Shown here: positions 1-8,099 of the stretch, piece after piece
Layout of the letters: the number at the start of each line of letters is the position of its first letter
Position numbering within the stretch: the first letter of the stretch is position 1
Made by a program: the position numbers and the translations under genes
Virus record (IMG/VR): IMGVR_UViG_3300049846_000568
Coordinates: 32,001-96,000 of that record
Length of the DNA: 64,000 bases
Direction: 5' to 3' (one strand)
Source: a virus
The notes under the pieces: generated by a model
What the model was told of the DNA's origin: nothing
The model's database searches: none
What the model saw: only the letters and a program-made list of their open reading frames with translations

Positions 1-9
1 AATGAAGCA

Positions 10-228
10 TTGGCTGTATTGTTGACGGGAGAAGACATCCCCAGTCCACATCAGATGGCCCTGACTAGGGTCATCATCGGGTTACTGGAGAAGAACCCAG
101 AGTTCATACGGGCAGTGTACGAGCAGTGTATGTGCTCGTCGGGTTTTCTGGATAGATTTACGAAGGTGCTAGAAGATTTTGGCGCCTTTCAGGCCATAAA
201 CGATGTCGCACTTTACGAGCCGGTATGA
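10..228 (+). CDS. hypothetical protein (72 aa; true start uncertain at window edge)
   Basis: ORF whose stop overlaps the next ATG (ATGA coupling). Confidence 0.5.
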   Translation: MAVLLTGEDIPSPHQMALTRVIIGLLEKNPEFIRAVYEQCMCSSGFLDRFTKVLEDFGAFQAINDVALYEPV

Positions 229-491
229 AGCCAACACCTATAACCGAAATCTTATCTTGGGATAATGACCACTTCAATATGGTCATCTACGGTGCCGAGA
301 TTGAATGGGTCGTAGAACTTCAGGAAAGAATGATAGAGTTCAGCGAGGCTCTATTCACTCCTGGTTCTATAGAATCCTACCGAAGAGATAGATACGATTT
401 GCACGATTTGTGTGTGGTTCGTCTTCGCGCCATAAGGAAAGTCCTACATGGCTACCACCCAGATGATGACGTAAAGGCAGTGAGTGCTTAA
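225..491 (+). CDS. hypothetical protein (88 aa)
   Basis: Coupled to flanking ORFs in a tightly packed plus-strand run. Confidence 0.65.
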   Translation: MKPTPITEILSWDNDHFNMVIYGAEIEWVVELQERMIEFSEALFTPGSIESYRRDRYDLHDLCVVRLRAIRKVLHGYHPDDDVKAVSA

Positions 492-687
492 GTACACCAT
501 CGAAGTAGAGCTTGAAGCCGATGATGAGAACATCACCGCCGCTGTTGTTTCGAGCTTCTACATCAAGATGCTTGAAGCCTTAGCCCTGCAAGGGTGTACA
601 AATCTCACGGCTTCCCTAAATGGCAATGGACTGCCAGACCCAATCGAAATAGAACACAATCCAGTTAATTTCGAGTGGGGAAACTAG
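484..687 (+). CDS. hypothetical protein (67 aa)
   Basis: GTG start overlapping the previous stop. Confidence 0.6.
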   Translation: MLKYTIEVELEADDENITAAVVSSFYIKMLEALALQGCTNLTASLNGNGLPDPIEIEHNPVNFEWGN

Positions 688-719
688 TACTATGTATGAC
701 ATGAGCTTTTGGAGGTTTC

Positions 720-893
720 ATGTCAGACAGGTACGACTTCCTTCGTCTTAGGGTAGAAGAATACTTCGACGTAGTGCTTCATGTCTTTGAGGCTAGTAAG
801 CATGATTTCACGGGCTGCCGCAGATGCTTTCTGCCTGAGCGCCATCCAGTTCACTTAGAGGTACAAGATGGCAGGGCAGGGCGCACGGAATAG
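720..893 (+). CDS. small hypothetical protein (57 aa, MSDRYDFLRL..., CxxC/His motif); not in ORF track
   Basis: GGAGG at 711-715, ATG at 720, TAG at 891-893; fills the gap. Confidence 0.6.
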   Translation: MSDRYDFLRLRVEEYFDVVLHVFEASKHDFTGCRRCFLPERHPVHLEVQDGRAGRTE

Positions 894-1233
894 ACGCAAG
901 ATCCAGCGAGCCAAAGAGCGCGACCAACAGCGTCGTCCTTATGGCAGACAGAATCTTGAGGCCCGGTATGCCCAGGTTGGCGGGAAGCACTTCTACATCT
1001 GGGGAGAAACAGCTACATTCAAGTCTCTTAGAAGGTCCCAACCTTTGGGGCCTTTTTGTTATGTGCGCATGGCTTCTGAGATGGTGTTCGTTAACAAGAC
1101 GCCATTCAGCGAAGAGAGTATTGCTGCTTGGTACGACGAAGACAGGGGGATGTGGATAATTAACCACAGAGACGCTGACCCACGCGGCTACTACGAGGTG
1201 TTGTTTTCAGTTGAGCCACCAAAAACCCAATAG
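868..1233 (+). CDS. hypothetical protein (121 aa, basic N-terminus)
   Basis: GAGG upstream of ATG; packed operon. Confidence 0.65.
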   Translation: MAGQGARNRRKIQRAKERDQQRRPYGRQNLEARYAQVGGKHFYIWGETATFKSLRRSQPLGPFCYVRMASEMVFVNKTPFSEESIAAWYDEDRGMWIINHRDADPRGYYEVLFSVEPPKTQ

Positions 1234-1777
1234 GGTTTATCTATGGAATAGCAACGTAGATAACCCTACTCCTCCACCAGACCCCAACGCCAACCAGTAC
1301 ACCCCTAAGCCAGAAGAGATTGTGTTTGAGTGCGCCCCTGAGGCCGCAAATCTGGTCACCTCTGAGGTTGCTGGTAAGGCCAAGATTCACGCCCCCGTCA
1401 TCGACTTTGACATCCCCATCATGGCTGTGCCTTCCTCTCAAATGGGGCACTGGCACCTCTACATTGATGGAGAGTGTTCAGATGAAATGCACTTTGAAAT
1501 CCTCGACACCCTCGCAAAAGCAGGATTCGTAGAGGAGGGTTATGCCAAGGCTTCCAGAACCAAGGGTTACAGCGCTGTGCGCCCCCCTGGTGTCAAGAAG
1601 CCTAACGCAGATGAAAGCGTAGCTACTCTCCGCATGGCGCATGCCATGACATTGTCAGAAGTGTTCCTATTAGAATGCAAGCTACAAGACGCGTTGAAGC
1701 GTATAGAAGAGCTTGAAGCAGAGAATCAAAAACTCACCTCGGCACTCGACAGTGCCCAAGCACACTCTTGGACTTAA
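1211..1777 (+). CDS. hypothetical phage protein (188 aa; DFD and GHWHLYID motifs, C-terminal coiled coil)
   Basis: Long ORF; DxD plus His motif loosely resembles primase/polymerase-like folds, not assigned. Confidence 0.65.
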   Translation: MSHQKPNRVYLWNSNVDNPTPPPDPNANQYTPKPEEIVFECAPEAANLVTSEVAGKAKIHAPVIDFDIPIMAVPSSQMGHWHLYIDGECSDEMHFEILDTLAKAGFVEEGYAKASRTKGYSAVRPPGVKKPNADESVATLRMAHAMTLSEVFLLECKLQDALKRIEELEAENQKLTSALDSAQAHSWT

Positions 1778-1780
1778 CCT

Positions 1781-2089
1781 ATGACTACTAAGCGACAGCA
1801 GCGAATGGATAATAAGTACCGGGGACAGCTTCTCTGCGAGAACTGCAACCGTTGGACCTCCGTTCCTATGGACGTATGGCGCGAGGCGCTTAAGAACTAC
1901 CGTGAACGGGGTACCCAGTACATCTGTCTGTGCGATCGCAGAACCTGTAAGATGACCCGTCCAGAAGGCCTTCTGGATAGGCTAAGTCCTCGGCAGAGAG
2001 ACAACATCATCTATGCCACGAATTACAACTCTTCGTCCCAAAAGGATCAAGAGAATCCACGTAAACAAGCACATAATCTCTTCGAATAA
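1781..2089 (+). CDS. Cys-rich (Zn-finger-like) hypothetical protein
   Basis: CENC ... CLCDRRTC. Confidence 0.55.
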   Translation: MTTKRQQRMDNKYRGQLLCENCNRWTSVPMDVWREALKNYRERGTQYICLCDRRTCKMTRPEGLLDRLSPRQRDNIIYATNYNSSSQKDQENPRKQAHNLFE

Positions 2090-2288
2090 GAAGAACAACC
2101 AACACGAACCTCCCCTTAGGGTGAAGACTTCCGACGGAAACTATGCCGGACACAGGATAGACATCCTAGATGAGGAGGGTGAGGTCATTGCTTACGTGGT
2201 TTACTCTAAGGGCAATCCCTTGTCTTGCGGGGCGGAGGTGTGGATAGAAACACACAACGAAGTAAGAGTAAGGGAAGAAGATGCCTGA
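2013..2288 (+). CDS. conserved-type hypothetical phage protein (RIHVN...PLSCGAEVWIET)
   Basis: ORF overlapping the next start; motif style common in phage small proteins. Confidence 0.65.
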   Translation: MPRITTLRPKRIKRIHVNKHIISSNKKNNQHEPPLRVKTSDGNYAGHRIDILDEEGEVIAYVVYSKGNPLSCGAEVWIETHNEVRVREEDA

Positions 2289-2940
2289 ACGTAAGACCAT
2301 TCTTGAGGGCGTCGTCGGCTCTCAGGCATATGGTCTTGCCACGGAGAGTAGCGACGTTGATCTCCGTGGAGTGTTCGTATATCCGCTTAAGGATATACTA
2401 AGCATTCGCAACCTAGAAGAAACCATAGACTCCCACGAACCAGACGTAACACTACACGAGCTTGTCAAGTTCTGTAGATTGGCGGCCCAGGGCAATCCAA
2501 ATATCTTGGAGCTTCTATGGCTGAACAATTACACTACCCTCACCGACGAGGGTATGATGCTAATTGGTATCCGCCACGCCTTTTTCTCACAGCGTGTGAG
2601 AGAACGCTACATCGGTTACGCATTGAGTCAGGCGAGACGTCTTGTAAGCCGAGGAAACTTTGACTCGGACCTCAAGAAGCGCCGCGCAAAGCATGCCCGT
2701 CATTGTTTTAGACTAATGATACAGGGCAAGGAAATTCTCTCCACCGGCACACTGACAGTTGATTGCAGTGAATACCGGGATATGCTATTCAGTGTTGGGG
2801 ATCTCAGCGACGAAGAGATCCTTGATCTGTTTAATCGTTACCATCAGGAACTAGAGTCTTTGGAATCTTTCCTACCTCTAGAGCCTGATTATCAGATCAT
2901 AAACGACGCATTGTATAGTATTCGGATGATGAACAAGTAA
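2281..2940 (+). CDS. Pol-beta superfamily nucleotidyltransferase (YcgL/RlaP-like)
   Basis: GSQAYGLATESSDVDLRGVF (GS..DxD), KFCRLAAQGNPNILELLW, KHARHCFRL. Confidence 0.85.
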   Translation: MPERKTILEGVVGSQAYGLATESSDVDLRGVFVYPLKDILSIRNLEETIDSHEPDVTLHELVKFCRLAAQGNPNILELLWLNNYTTLTDEGMMLIGIRHAFFSQRVRERYIGYALSQARRLVSRGNFDSDLKKRRAKHARHCFRLMIQGKEILSTGTLTVDCSEYRDMLFSVGDLSDEEILDLFNRYHQELESLESFLPLEPDYQIINDALYSIRMMNK

Positions 2941-3752
2941 TGAGCCATTTTGCAGTATGGGTTGTTGGCGACAACGTTGACGAACAACTCGCACCATATG
3001 ATGAGGGTCTTCATATCGAACCCTACAAGGAGTATTGGAACGGCAAACAAGAAGAAACGGTCATCAGACTCCTTGGTAAGGATAACGAAGAGTTCGTTAA
3101 GGAACTAGAGACAAAAACATCCAACGCCGAGCGTTGGAGTTTCATGGTCAATACATGGAACGAACACTACGAGATCCAGCCGGGCGACAGCGAGTACCTC
3201 TACTTCGATGAGTTCGGCATCTACGCAATGTCCACCTATAACCCAGACTCCAAGTGGGATTGGTATCAGATTGGTGGACGTTGGGCCGGAGAATTCAAGG
3301 CTAAGGATGGCTTTGAACATCTAGGAATTGTGGGCGAAAAGTCGTGGGGCATGGAGGACGAAGATCCATATGCCAACAACTACTTCGATGGACTGCCATT
3401 CGCCGCGATAGACTTCGACGCAATGATCACCTACCGGGTTAACCGAGCTGGCCAGCTTTGGGATGAGTGGCATGAGAAGGATGCCCTAGGAGAGAAGCAG
3501 CTTCCTAAGAGTTGGGCGCTAGGCGCCGATCCCGAGGAAACTAAAGAGGAATACCTAGAGCGTGTGCAGAAGACCTGCATTACCCCATTTGCCATGTGCG
3601 TAGACGGTACTTGGTATGAGAAGGGTAAGATGGGTTGGTTCGGCGTGTCAACCGACGAAGTAAGTCAGGATGACTGGGTAAAGTTCGTCCACAAAACGCT
3701 TAACGAGCTAGATGGCAACACCATGGTTACCATGGTAGATTGCCACATCTAA
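2940..3752 (+). CDS. conserved hypothetical phage protein (NPDSKWDWYQIGGRW ... VDCHI)
   Basis: 270-aa ORF coupled to previous stop (TAATG). Confidence 0.8.
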   Translation: MSHFAVWVVGDNVDEQLAPYDEGLHIEPYKEYWNGKQEETVIRLLGKDNEEFVKELETKTSNAERWSFMVNTWNEHYEIQPGDSEYLYFDEFGIYAMSTYNPDSKWDWYQIGGRWAGEFKAKDGFEHLGIVGEKSWGMEDEDPYANNYFDGLPFAAIDFDAMITYRVNRAGQLWDEWHEKDALGEKQLPKSWALGADPEETKEEYLERVQKTCITPFAMCVDGTWYEKGKMGWFGVSTDEVSQDDWVKFVHKTLNELDGNTMVTMVDCHI

Positions 3753-3753
3753 A

Positions 3754-3942
3754 ATGACGCAGATATCAAACATCAAACTCTTCAAAGAAGAGGTAAAGGA
3801 GCACGCAAGGGTACTTAGGGAACTCATCGAAAGAGAGGACTATGAACCCGGCAAAGATCCTGAATACGATTCAGCGGTAGAGGAGATGGCTCTAGGCTTG
3901 TGCGACATGGTGGCAATCCTAGAGAAGTTTGGCGTCATATAA
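3754..3942 (+). CDS. hypothetical protein (62 aa)
   Basis: Last ORF before the terminator. Confidence 0.6.
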   Translation: MTQISNIKLFKEEVKEHARVLRELIEREDYEPGKDPEYDSAVEEMALGLCDMVAILEKFGVI

Positions 3943-3982
3943 GAGAAGCCCTTGGGTATTAAATACCCTTGGGCTTTCTCTT
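3941..3982. terminator. probable bidirectional intrinsic terminator
   Basis: AAGAGAAGCCC-TT-GGGTATT/AATACCC-TT-GGGCTTTCTCTT inverted repeat between convergent genes. Confidence 0.75.
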
Positions 3983-3995
3983 TACTTCTTTCACT

Positions 3996-4016
3996 ATCGT
4001 CCTTAGATCAGGCGCT
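3996..4016. repeat. 21-bp direct repeat copy 1 (ATCGTCCTTAGATCAGGCGCT)
   Basis: 20/21 identical to 4735-4755; contains the hydrolase stop codon. Confidence 0.9.
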
Positions 4017-4736
4017 TAAATGATCGTTTAATACTTTGGCAAGTAGTCCAGCATCCCTCATACTTATAGCGGATGTACCATGATCACCAGAAACTGACTG
4101 AAGTACCACGTTCTTCTTTGCGGCCATCCTACCAGAATGGAACCTATCCACCCTATCGTCGTGGCCATATAAAATCTCGATCTTCGTCCTACTCTTAGTC
4201 ATGTTGAGGTTGAGTAGATCGTGGTATACCGTCTCTGACGGGTCACACCATTTGAGCATGTATAAGTTGCCGTGCGCTATACATTCAATGCCGGGCTTTA
4301 GTAGTGTCTGCGGATTGATGGCTATAACGCTGTCTGCGCCTAGTAACACCCCATAGAGTATAGCCGAGTATCCACCCGCTGACGCGCCAACTGTGATCAA
4401 ACGCTGCGGGCTGAGGTCATCTATGATCCTATGTAGGGCCGCCAATGTCGTGCGTACGTTTGTCGAAACGCCGCGAACACCATTCAGAAACCAGACCTGA
4501 TAGTAGTCCCTAAGCTGAATAAGGTTTACACCATACCTCTCTGGTAGGTGACCAAACGAATAAATGGCCTCCCCATCTGGCGTCTTACCAACGCCACTGA
4601 AAGAAATAACAAGGGAGTCAGACCCAGTGCTATGAACAACATAGTCTGGCGACTCCCCGTCTAAACGTCTACCTTGAAACCCATGTGGCATGGGCATGTT
4701 TTCGTTTATGTCTCCCTCGTAATAGGGGATTTCCAT
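4008..4736 (-). CDS. alpha/beta hydrolase (esterase or acetyltransferase-like)
   Basis: Nucleophile elbow GASAG, downstream Asp and GDHG His. Confidence 0.8.
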   Translation of the reverse strand: MEIPYYEGDINENMPMPHGFQGRRLDGESPDYVVHSTGSDSLVISFSGVGKTPDGEAIYSFGHLPERYGVNLIQLRDYYQVWFLNGVRGVSTNVRTTLAALHRIIDDLSPQRLITVGASAGGYSAILYGVLLGADSVIAINPQTLLKPGIECIAHGNLYMLKWCDPSETVYHDLLNLNMTKSRTKIEILYGHDDRVDRFHSGRMAAKKNVVLQSVSGDHGTSAISMRDAGLLAKVLNDHLSA

Positions 4737-4755
4737 CGTCCCTAGATCAGGCGCT
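4735..4755. repeat. 21-bp direct repeat copy 2 (ATCGTCCCTAGATCAGGCGCT)
   Basis: Spans the endolysin-stop to hydrolase-start junction. Confidence 0.9.
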
Positions 4756-5665
4756 ATCGTACGTGTGGTAGACGATGCCAGTATGCGTCGAGGGCGTTGT
4801 CTCCCGCGGCCATCTGACGAACAAAGCCTGGCTTTAGATGCCCATCAGCATAGAGCTGGGAAAGATCTTCTGGGCTAGGGATGAGACGGAAGTACTCTGT
4901 TACCTTGTTAATTGTCGCAGGGCGAGGTGTACCGTTGGCGTCTTCCACCTCGGCGTTTGCAACGTATCCGGAACATAGCATCCATAGTTCGGTGCTATTA
5001 GGGAACTTGTAAACTGCTTTCATTGGGTTTGTAACCTCCGGTTTTGGTGCTGTGGTTGGTGGCTTTGTGCCTATAAATGTGTTTGCGTGTTCGATTACTC
5101 TTGCGATATTTAGCTTGCCTGGATCCCAGTGATCGTTTTCCGGTACGTGCTGATGACCACATACGCCATTGAACGAATTCCACTGATCTGGCTTAAACCT
5201 CTGGAAGCCACTAGAGGAGGCGATAAGGCCATCTCCAGAGCCATAGAACTTAGGGTAGTTGTTAATGTCTACTGGGACACCAGCGTTTACAACGTCTGCA
5301 ATGAAGCTACCAATAAACTTGAGCCAATCATCTGACCAGGTATGTGTTTCTGCGGCCCTACCAACAATCTCAACCTGTATAGCATGAGCCCTATTTGTTT
5401 CTACGCCACCAGGAGCATTGAAGAGCGCTGCGGCGGAGTATGTTAGCGGTATATACTGGACCTTCCTCTTGGAGGACGGCTCAATCGCAAAGTGGGGAGT
5501 GGAGCATGGTCGTCCCGCAAAGAAGCCATTGAGAGTGTCCATGGACCCTTGACCGCTCTCTGTCGTGTGTAGTACTATTCTCCACGGAACCGAATTCTGA
5601 TACGTATTCGGGCCAGTGCAACCCAAGATTGGGTACTTTTCATACCCATCTAACCAATCTTTCAT
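4754..5665 (-). CDS. endolysin, N-acetylmuramoyl-L-alanine amidase (Amidase_2-type)
   Basis: IVLHTTE, PHF, IQVEIVG, GHQHVPENDHWDPG Zn-amidase motifs; Pro/Thr linker then C-terminal domain. Confidence 0.85.
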   Translation of the reverse strand: MKDWLDGYEKYPILGCTGPNTYQNSVPWRIVLHTTESGQGSMDTLNGFFAGRPCSTPHFAIEPSSKRKVQYIPLTYSAAALFNAPGGVETNRAHAIQVEIVGRAAETHTWSDDWLKFIGSFIADVVNAGVPVDINNYPKFYGSGDGLIASSSGFQRFKPDQWNSFNGVCGHQHVPENDHWDPGKLNIARVIEHANTFIGTKPPTTAPKPEVTNPMKAVYKFPNSTELWMLCSGYVANAEVEDANGTPRPATINKVTEYFRLIPSPEDLSQLYADGHLKPGFVRQMAAGDNALDAYWHRLPHVR

Positions 5666-5701
5666 GAAGATTATCCTTCCTTATGCTCGATTCATTTCAT
5701 A

Positions 5702-5707
5702 TAGTAA
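5702..5707 (-). promoter_or_regulatory. TTACTA candidate phage late promoter upstream of endolysin
   Basis: Same motif upstream of other late-type genes (7829, 34801, variant 60372). Confidence 0.4.
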
Positions 5708-5716
5708 CCGCAATCC

Positions 5717-5725
5717 TGCTATAAT
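5717..5725 (+). promoter_or_regulatory. extended -10 promoter TGcTATAAT; probable leaderless transcript
   Basis: TATAAT 5720-5725, ATG at 5732, no Shine-Dalgarno. Confidence 0.7.
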
Positions 5726-5731
5726 CTACTC

Positions 5732-6511
5732 ATGACTAGATCACTAAACCACAACGAACCTATTGTGCTGGGCCTTTGCGGCCTTGCTGGCACTGGGAAA
5801 ACCAGTACTGCCAGGTCCATTGTTCCGGCCGATATTGTAAGGGAAGTAAAGAACCGCGAAGACGAGATCCTTTACATCATTGACCATCTTGTGCTAGCCA
5901 CACCGCTATACGAGATGGCCTCAATTAGACTTAAGACAGAGGGCGACCTAAGTAGGGATCGGATCCTATTTGGGATTCACGATGTCCTGCTTGACCTGTT
6001 TAGTCACAGCCCTCTTTATGGTGCCCCACCTTATGATGAGCTTGTTGCCGTCGTACATACAATTGCATCCATGCCAATTGAAATGGACACAAAGCCACGA
6101 AGCTTTATGCAGGACGTGGGCACGGTGTGCAGGAGCTATGACCCCGACTGCTTTGTGAAGTGGATCAAGAGACGCATCAATGGTTCCGCCATCAGCCACA
6201 TCGCGCAAGACATACAGCCGATCTATATAGTTTCTGATGTCAGATTCGACAACGAAGCCCGTATGGTGAAGTCGTTCTCGAACGGCCTACTTGTTTGCTT
6301 TGAAGCAGATGAGGAAACAAGGCAGAATCGCATTGAGCTAAGAGATGGCGTGCGCTTGACCGAAGATCAGTTAAGTCACGAATCTGAGCAGATGGAGATA
6401 GATCCGTCACTAATCGATTTAAGAATTGATACGACAGAACTAACACAGAAACAGCAGGCTGAGGAAACTCAGAATGCTTTGATCAAAACATTTGACCTAT
6501 ACCCATTCTAA
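5732..6511 (+). CDS. deoxynucleoside monophosphate kinase
   Basis: P-loop GLAGTGKT, RSFMQDVGT, VSDVRFDNE, HESE. Confidence 0.85.
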   Translation: MTRSLNHNEPIVLGLCGLAGTGKTSTARSIVPADIVREVKNREDEILYIIDHLVLATPLYEMASIRLKTEGDLSRDRILFGIHDVLLDLFSHSPLYGAPPYDELVAVVHTIASMPIEMDTKPRSFMQDVGTVCRSYDPDCFVKWIKRRINGSAISHIAQDIQPIYIVSDVRFDNEARMVKSFSNGLLVCFEADEETRQNRIELRDGVRLTEDQLSHESEQMEIDPSLIDLRIDTTELTQKQQAEETQNALIKTFDLYPF

Positions 6512-6523
6512 GGAGTATCTAAT

Positions 6524-6844
6524 TTGGCAACAGTACCAAGAGATATGGACGACGAAGTCGCCCCACTCGCTGAAGTAGTAGAGAGAGCATTAAGCACTAT
6601 TGCCATTACTACAGAACCAGTAGTAATCATTGGCGTTAACCGTAAGGTAAACATCGGCAACTATGAGAACATTGATGTTTACGCCGGATTAGCACTCCCA
6701 ATTCCCGGTGCCTCGGTGGAGAGGTTGGATGAGCTGCGGGAAACGGTAGAGCAGGTGGCAGATGAAGGAATGAAGATCGCGGCTGCCGAAACCTATAAGC
6801 GATACGCCTCCATCAAAGAGCTAATTACAGGACAAGCGTCATAA
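6524..6844 (+). CDS. hypothetical protein (106 aa; RKVNIGNYENIDV)
   Basis: AAGGAG RBS, TTG start. Confidence 0.75.
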   Translation: MATVPRDMDDEVAPLAEVVERALSTIAITTEPVVIIGVNRKVNIGNYENIDVYAGLALPIPGASVERLDELRETVEQVADEGMKIAAAETYKRYASIKELITGQAS

Positions 6845-6847
6845 AAT

Positions 6848-6882
6848 GACGAAGCCCCCGCTAAGGCGGGGGTTTTGTCTTT
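6848..6882. terminator. intrinsic terminator between convergent genes
   Basis: AAGCCCCCGC-TAAG-GCGGGGGTTTT hairpin with T-rich tail. Confidence 0.85.
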
Positions 6883-7590
6883 CTAGGCTACTTGTGTGAG
6901 TGCTCCCACAAAACCTTTCAGTTCTCCGTTTTCAACTATAGGAGTCGACCTTGCTACGACTGCCTTTTCTTTGCCAGATCTATCATGCACTCTAAAGCGG
7001 TAGTAAAATCCTGTCTTGTTTGTCACCGCTGCGTGTGTGGCCTCCAATAGGCCCATGAGATCGTCCTGATTTACGAACTCCACCCACTTATTTTCCATGG
7101 CTTCGTGGTATGCGATGCCAAAGAGTTTTAGGTATGCGTCGTTAACATATACCACATCGGCCTTAGAGTCCAGCTCAAACCATGCGAGCTGTGGATCTGA
7201 GGCCGTTAGTGCATCTACGACTGCCTTGTTCTTGATTACTGCATCAAAGATGAAATCTATTTTGTCCCTGATATGCTTCATAGAGCTTTGGTAATCTGCT
7301 CTGATCTCTTCCAATTGAGTAGAACGATCTGCAAAGGACTGCTTTAGCTCTGCGGTATCACCAGCCAGCTTGTCTACGGCATCGCGCATAGATGAGCCAC
7401 CATTGTTTTGGAACTGCTGCTTGATGGGATCTAGCTGGTCACGAATTGCGTTCCTCATGACATAGCGCAAAACTACGCCAAGGGTCATCAAAGCAATGAT
7501 GATGGGCCAAGCATTAGCTAGCTCTCCACCAAAGTCCTCTAACCAGTCGGGAACTACATCCGCCGCCAAGATGAATAGATAAGGGTGCAT
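6883..7590 (-). CDS. single-TM membrane protein with coiled coil and C-terminal PAS domain
   Basis: TM WPIIIALMTLGVVL; NNGGSSMRDAVD; PAS signature YVNDAYLKLFG..W..FVNQDD..RFRV..G..ARSTPI..NG...GFVG. Confidence 0.8.
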   Translation of the reverse strand: MHPYLFILAADVVPDWLEDFGGELANAWPIIIALMTLGVVLRYVMRNAIRDQLDPIKQQFQNNGGSSMRDAVDKLAGDTAELKQSFADRSTQLEEIRADYQSSMKHIRDKIDFIFDAVIKNKAVVDALTASDPQLAWFELDSKADVVYVNDAYLKLFGIAYHEAMENKWVEFVNQDDLMGLLEATHAAVTNKTGFYYRFRVHDRSGKEKAVVARSTPIVENGELKGFVGALTQVA

Positions 7591-7607
7591 TGATTTCTCC
7601 GGTGAGT

Positions 7608-7820
7608 CTAATCATAGAAGTCGGTATAGTACGATACAAACTCACTAACATCTTGGTCTGCGTTATCAACCTCTTTTTGTGCCGCAAATGTGGCCTCATC
7701 AAACCAGGATATCTCAATGCCGTCACCACTATCTCGGTGAGGCCCCGGGTGCCCACTGCTCCTGTTGCATATGGAGCCTGACAACAAATCCACTGCTCCA
7801 CAAACTTCTCGTACTATCAT
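7608..7820 (-). CDS. small hypothetical protein (70 aa)
   Basis: ORF between candidate promoter and PAS gene. Confidence 0.55.
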   Translation of the reverse strand: MIVREVCGAVDLLSGSICNRSSGHPGPHRDSGDGIEISWFDEATFAAQKEVDNADQDVSEFVSYYTDFYD

Positions 7821-7828
7821 ATCTATCC

Positions 7829-7834
7829 TAGTAA
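7829..7834 (-). promoter_or_regulatory. TTACTA candidate late promoter, 8 nt before ATG 7820
   Basis: Recurrent motif; overlaps the U-tract of the upstream terminator. Confidence 0.4.
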
Positions 7835-7867
7835 AAAGAAAAGCCCCCTAGTACAATACTAGGGGGC
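7833..7867 (-). terminator. intrinsic terminator (minus strand)
   Basis: Perfect 11-bp stem GCCCCCTAGTA/TACTAGGGGGC followed by TTTTCTTTTT. Confidence 0.9.
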
Positions 7868-7883
7868 AAGATTCGTCTTGATT

Positions 7884-8099
7884 CTACTGATTGCTAGAAC
7901 CTAGCACGTTGCTAGCTGACCTGTATACTGTATGGGCTGGGCTCGGTAGTACGTTTATGGAGCCGCTAGTAAGTGTCGGGGCGGTTAGGCCAATACTGTT
8001 TGTTGTGTATGTCCACCCCGGATTAGGGTTGGTAGCCCCAATAATCTTAGTAGTAACCGTCGTATCTTTGACGGCGGTAGTATCCAGGTCAAACCCTAG
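7884..8099 (-). CDS. putative -1 frameshift extension (71 aa, Thr/Ser-rich) of the 8096-8305 protein
   Basis: Open -1 frame with no ATG, entered at C_CCT_TTC, ending 16 nt before the terminator stem. Confidence 0.6.
   Translation of the reverse strand, partial: LGFDLDTTAVKDTTVTTKIIGATNPNPGWTYTTNSIGLTAPTLTSGSINVLPSPAHTVYRSASNVLGSSNQ

Noticed and set aside
7985-8098. UAG readthrough of the RPF gene instead of a frameshift
   Set aside because: Gives only 36 codons, leaves about 115 nt unexplained and does not account for the slippery heptamer; less likely but not excluded
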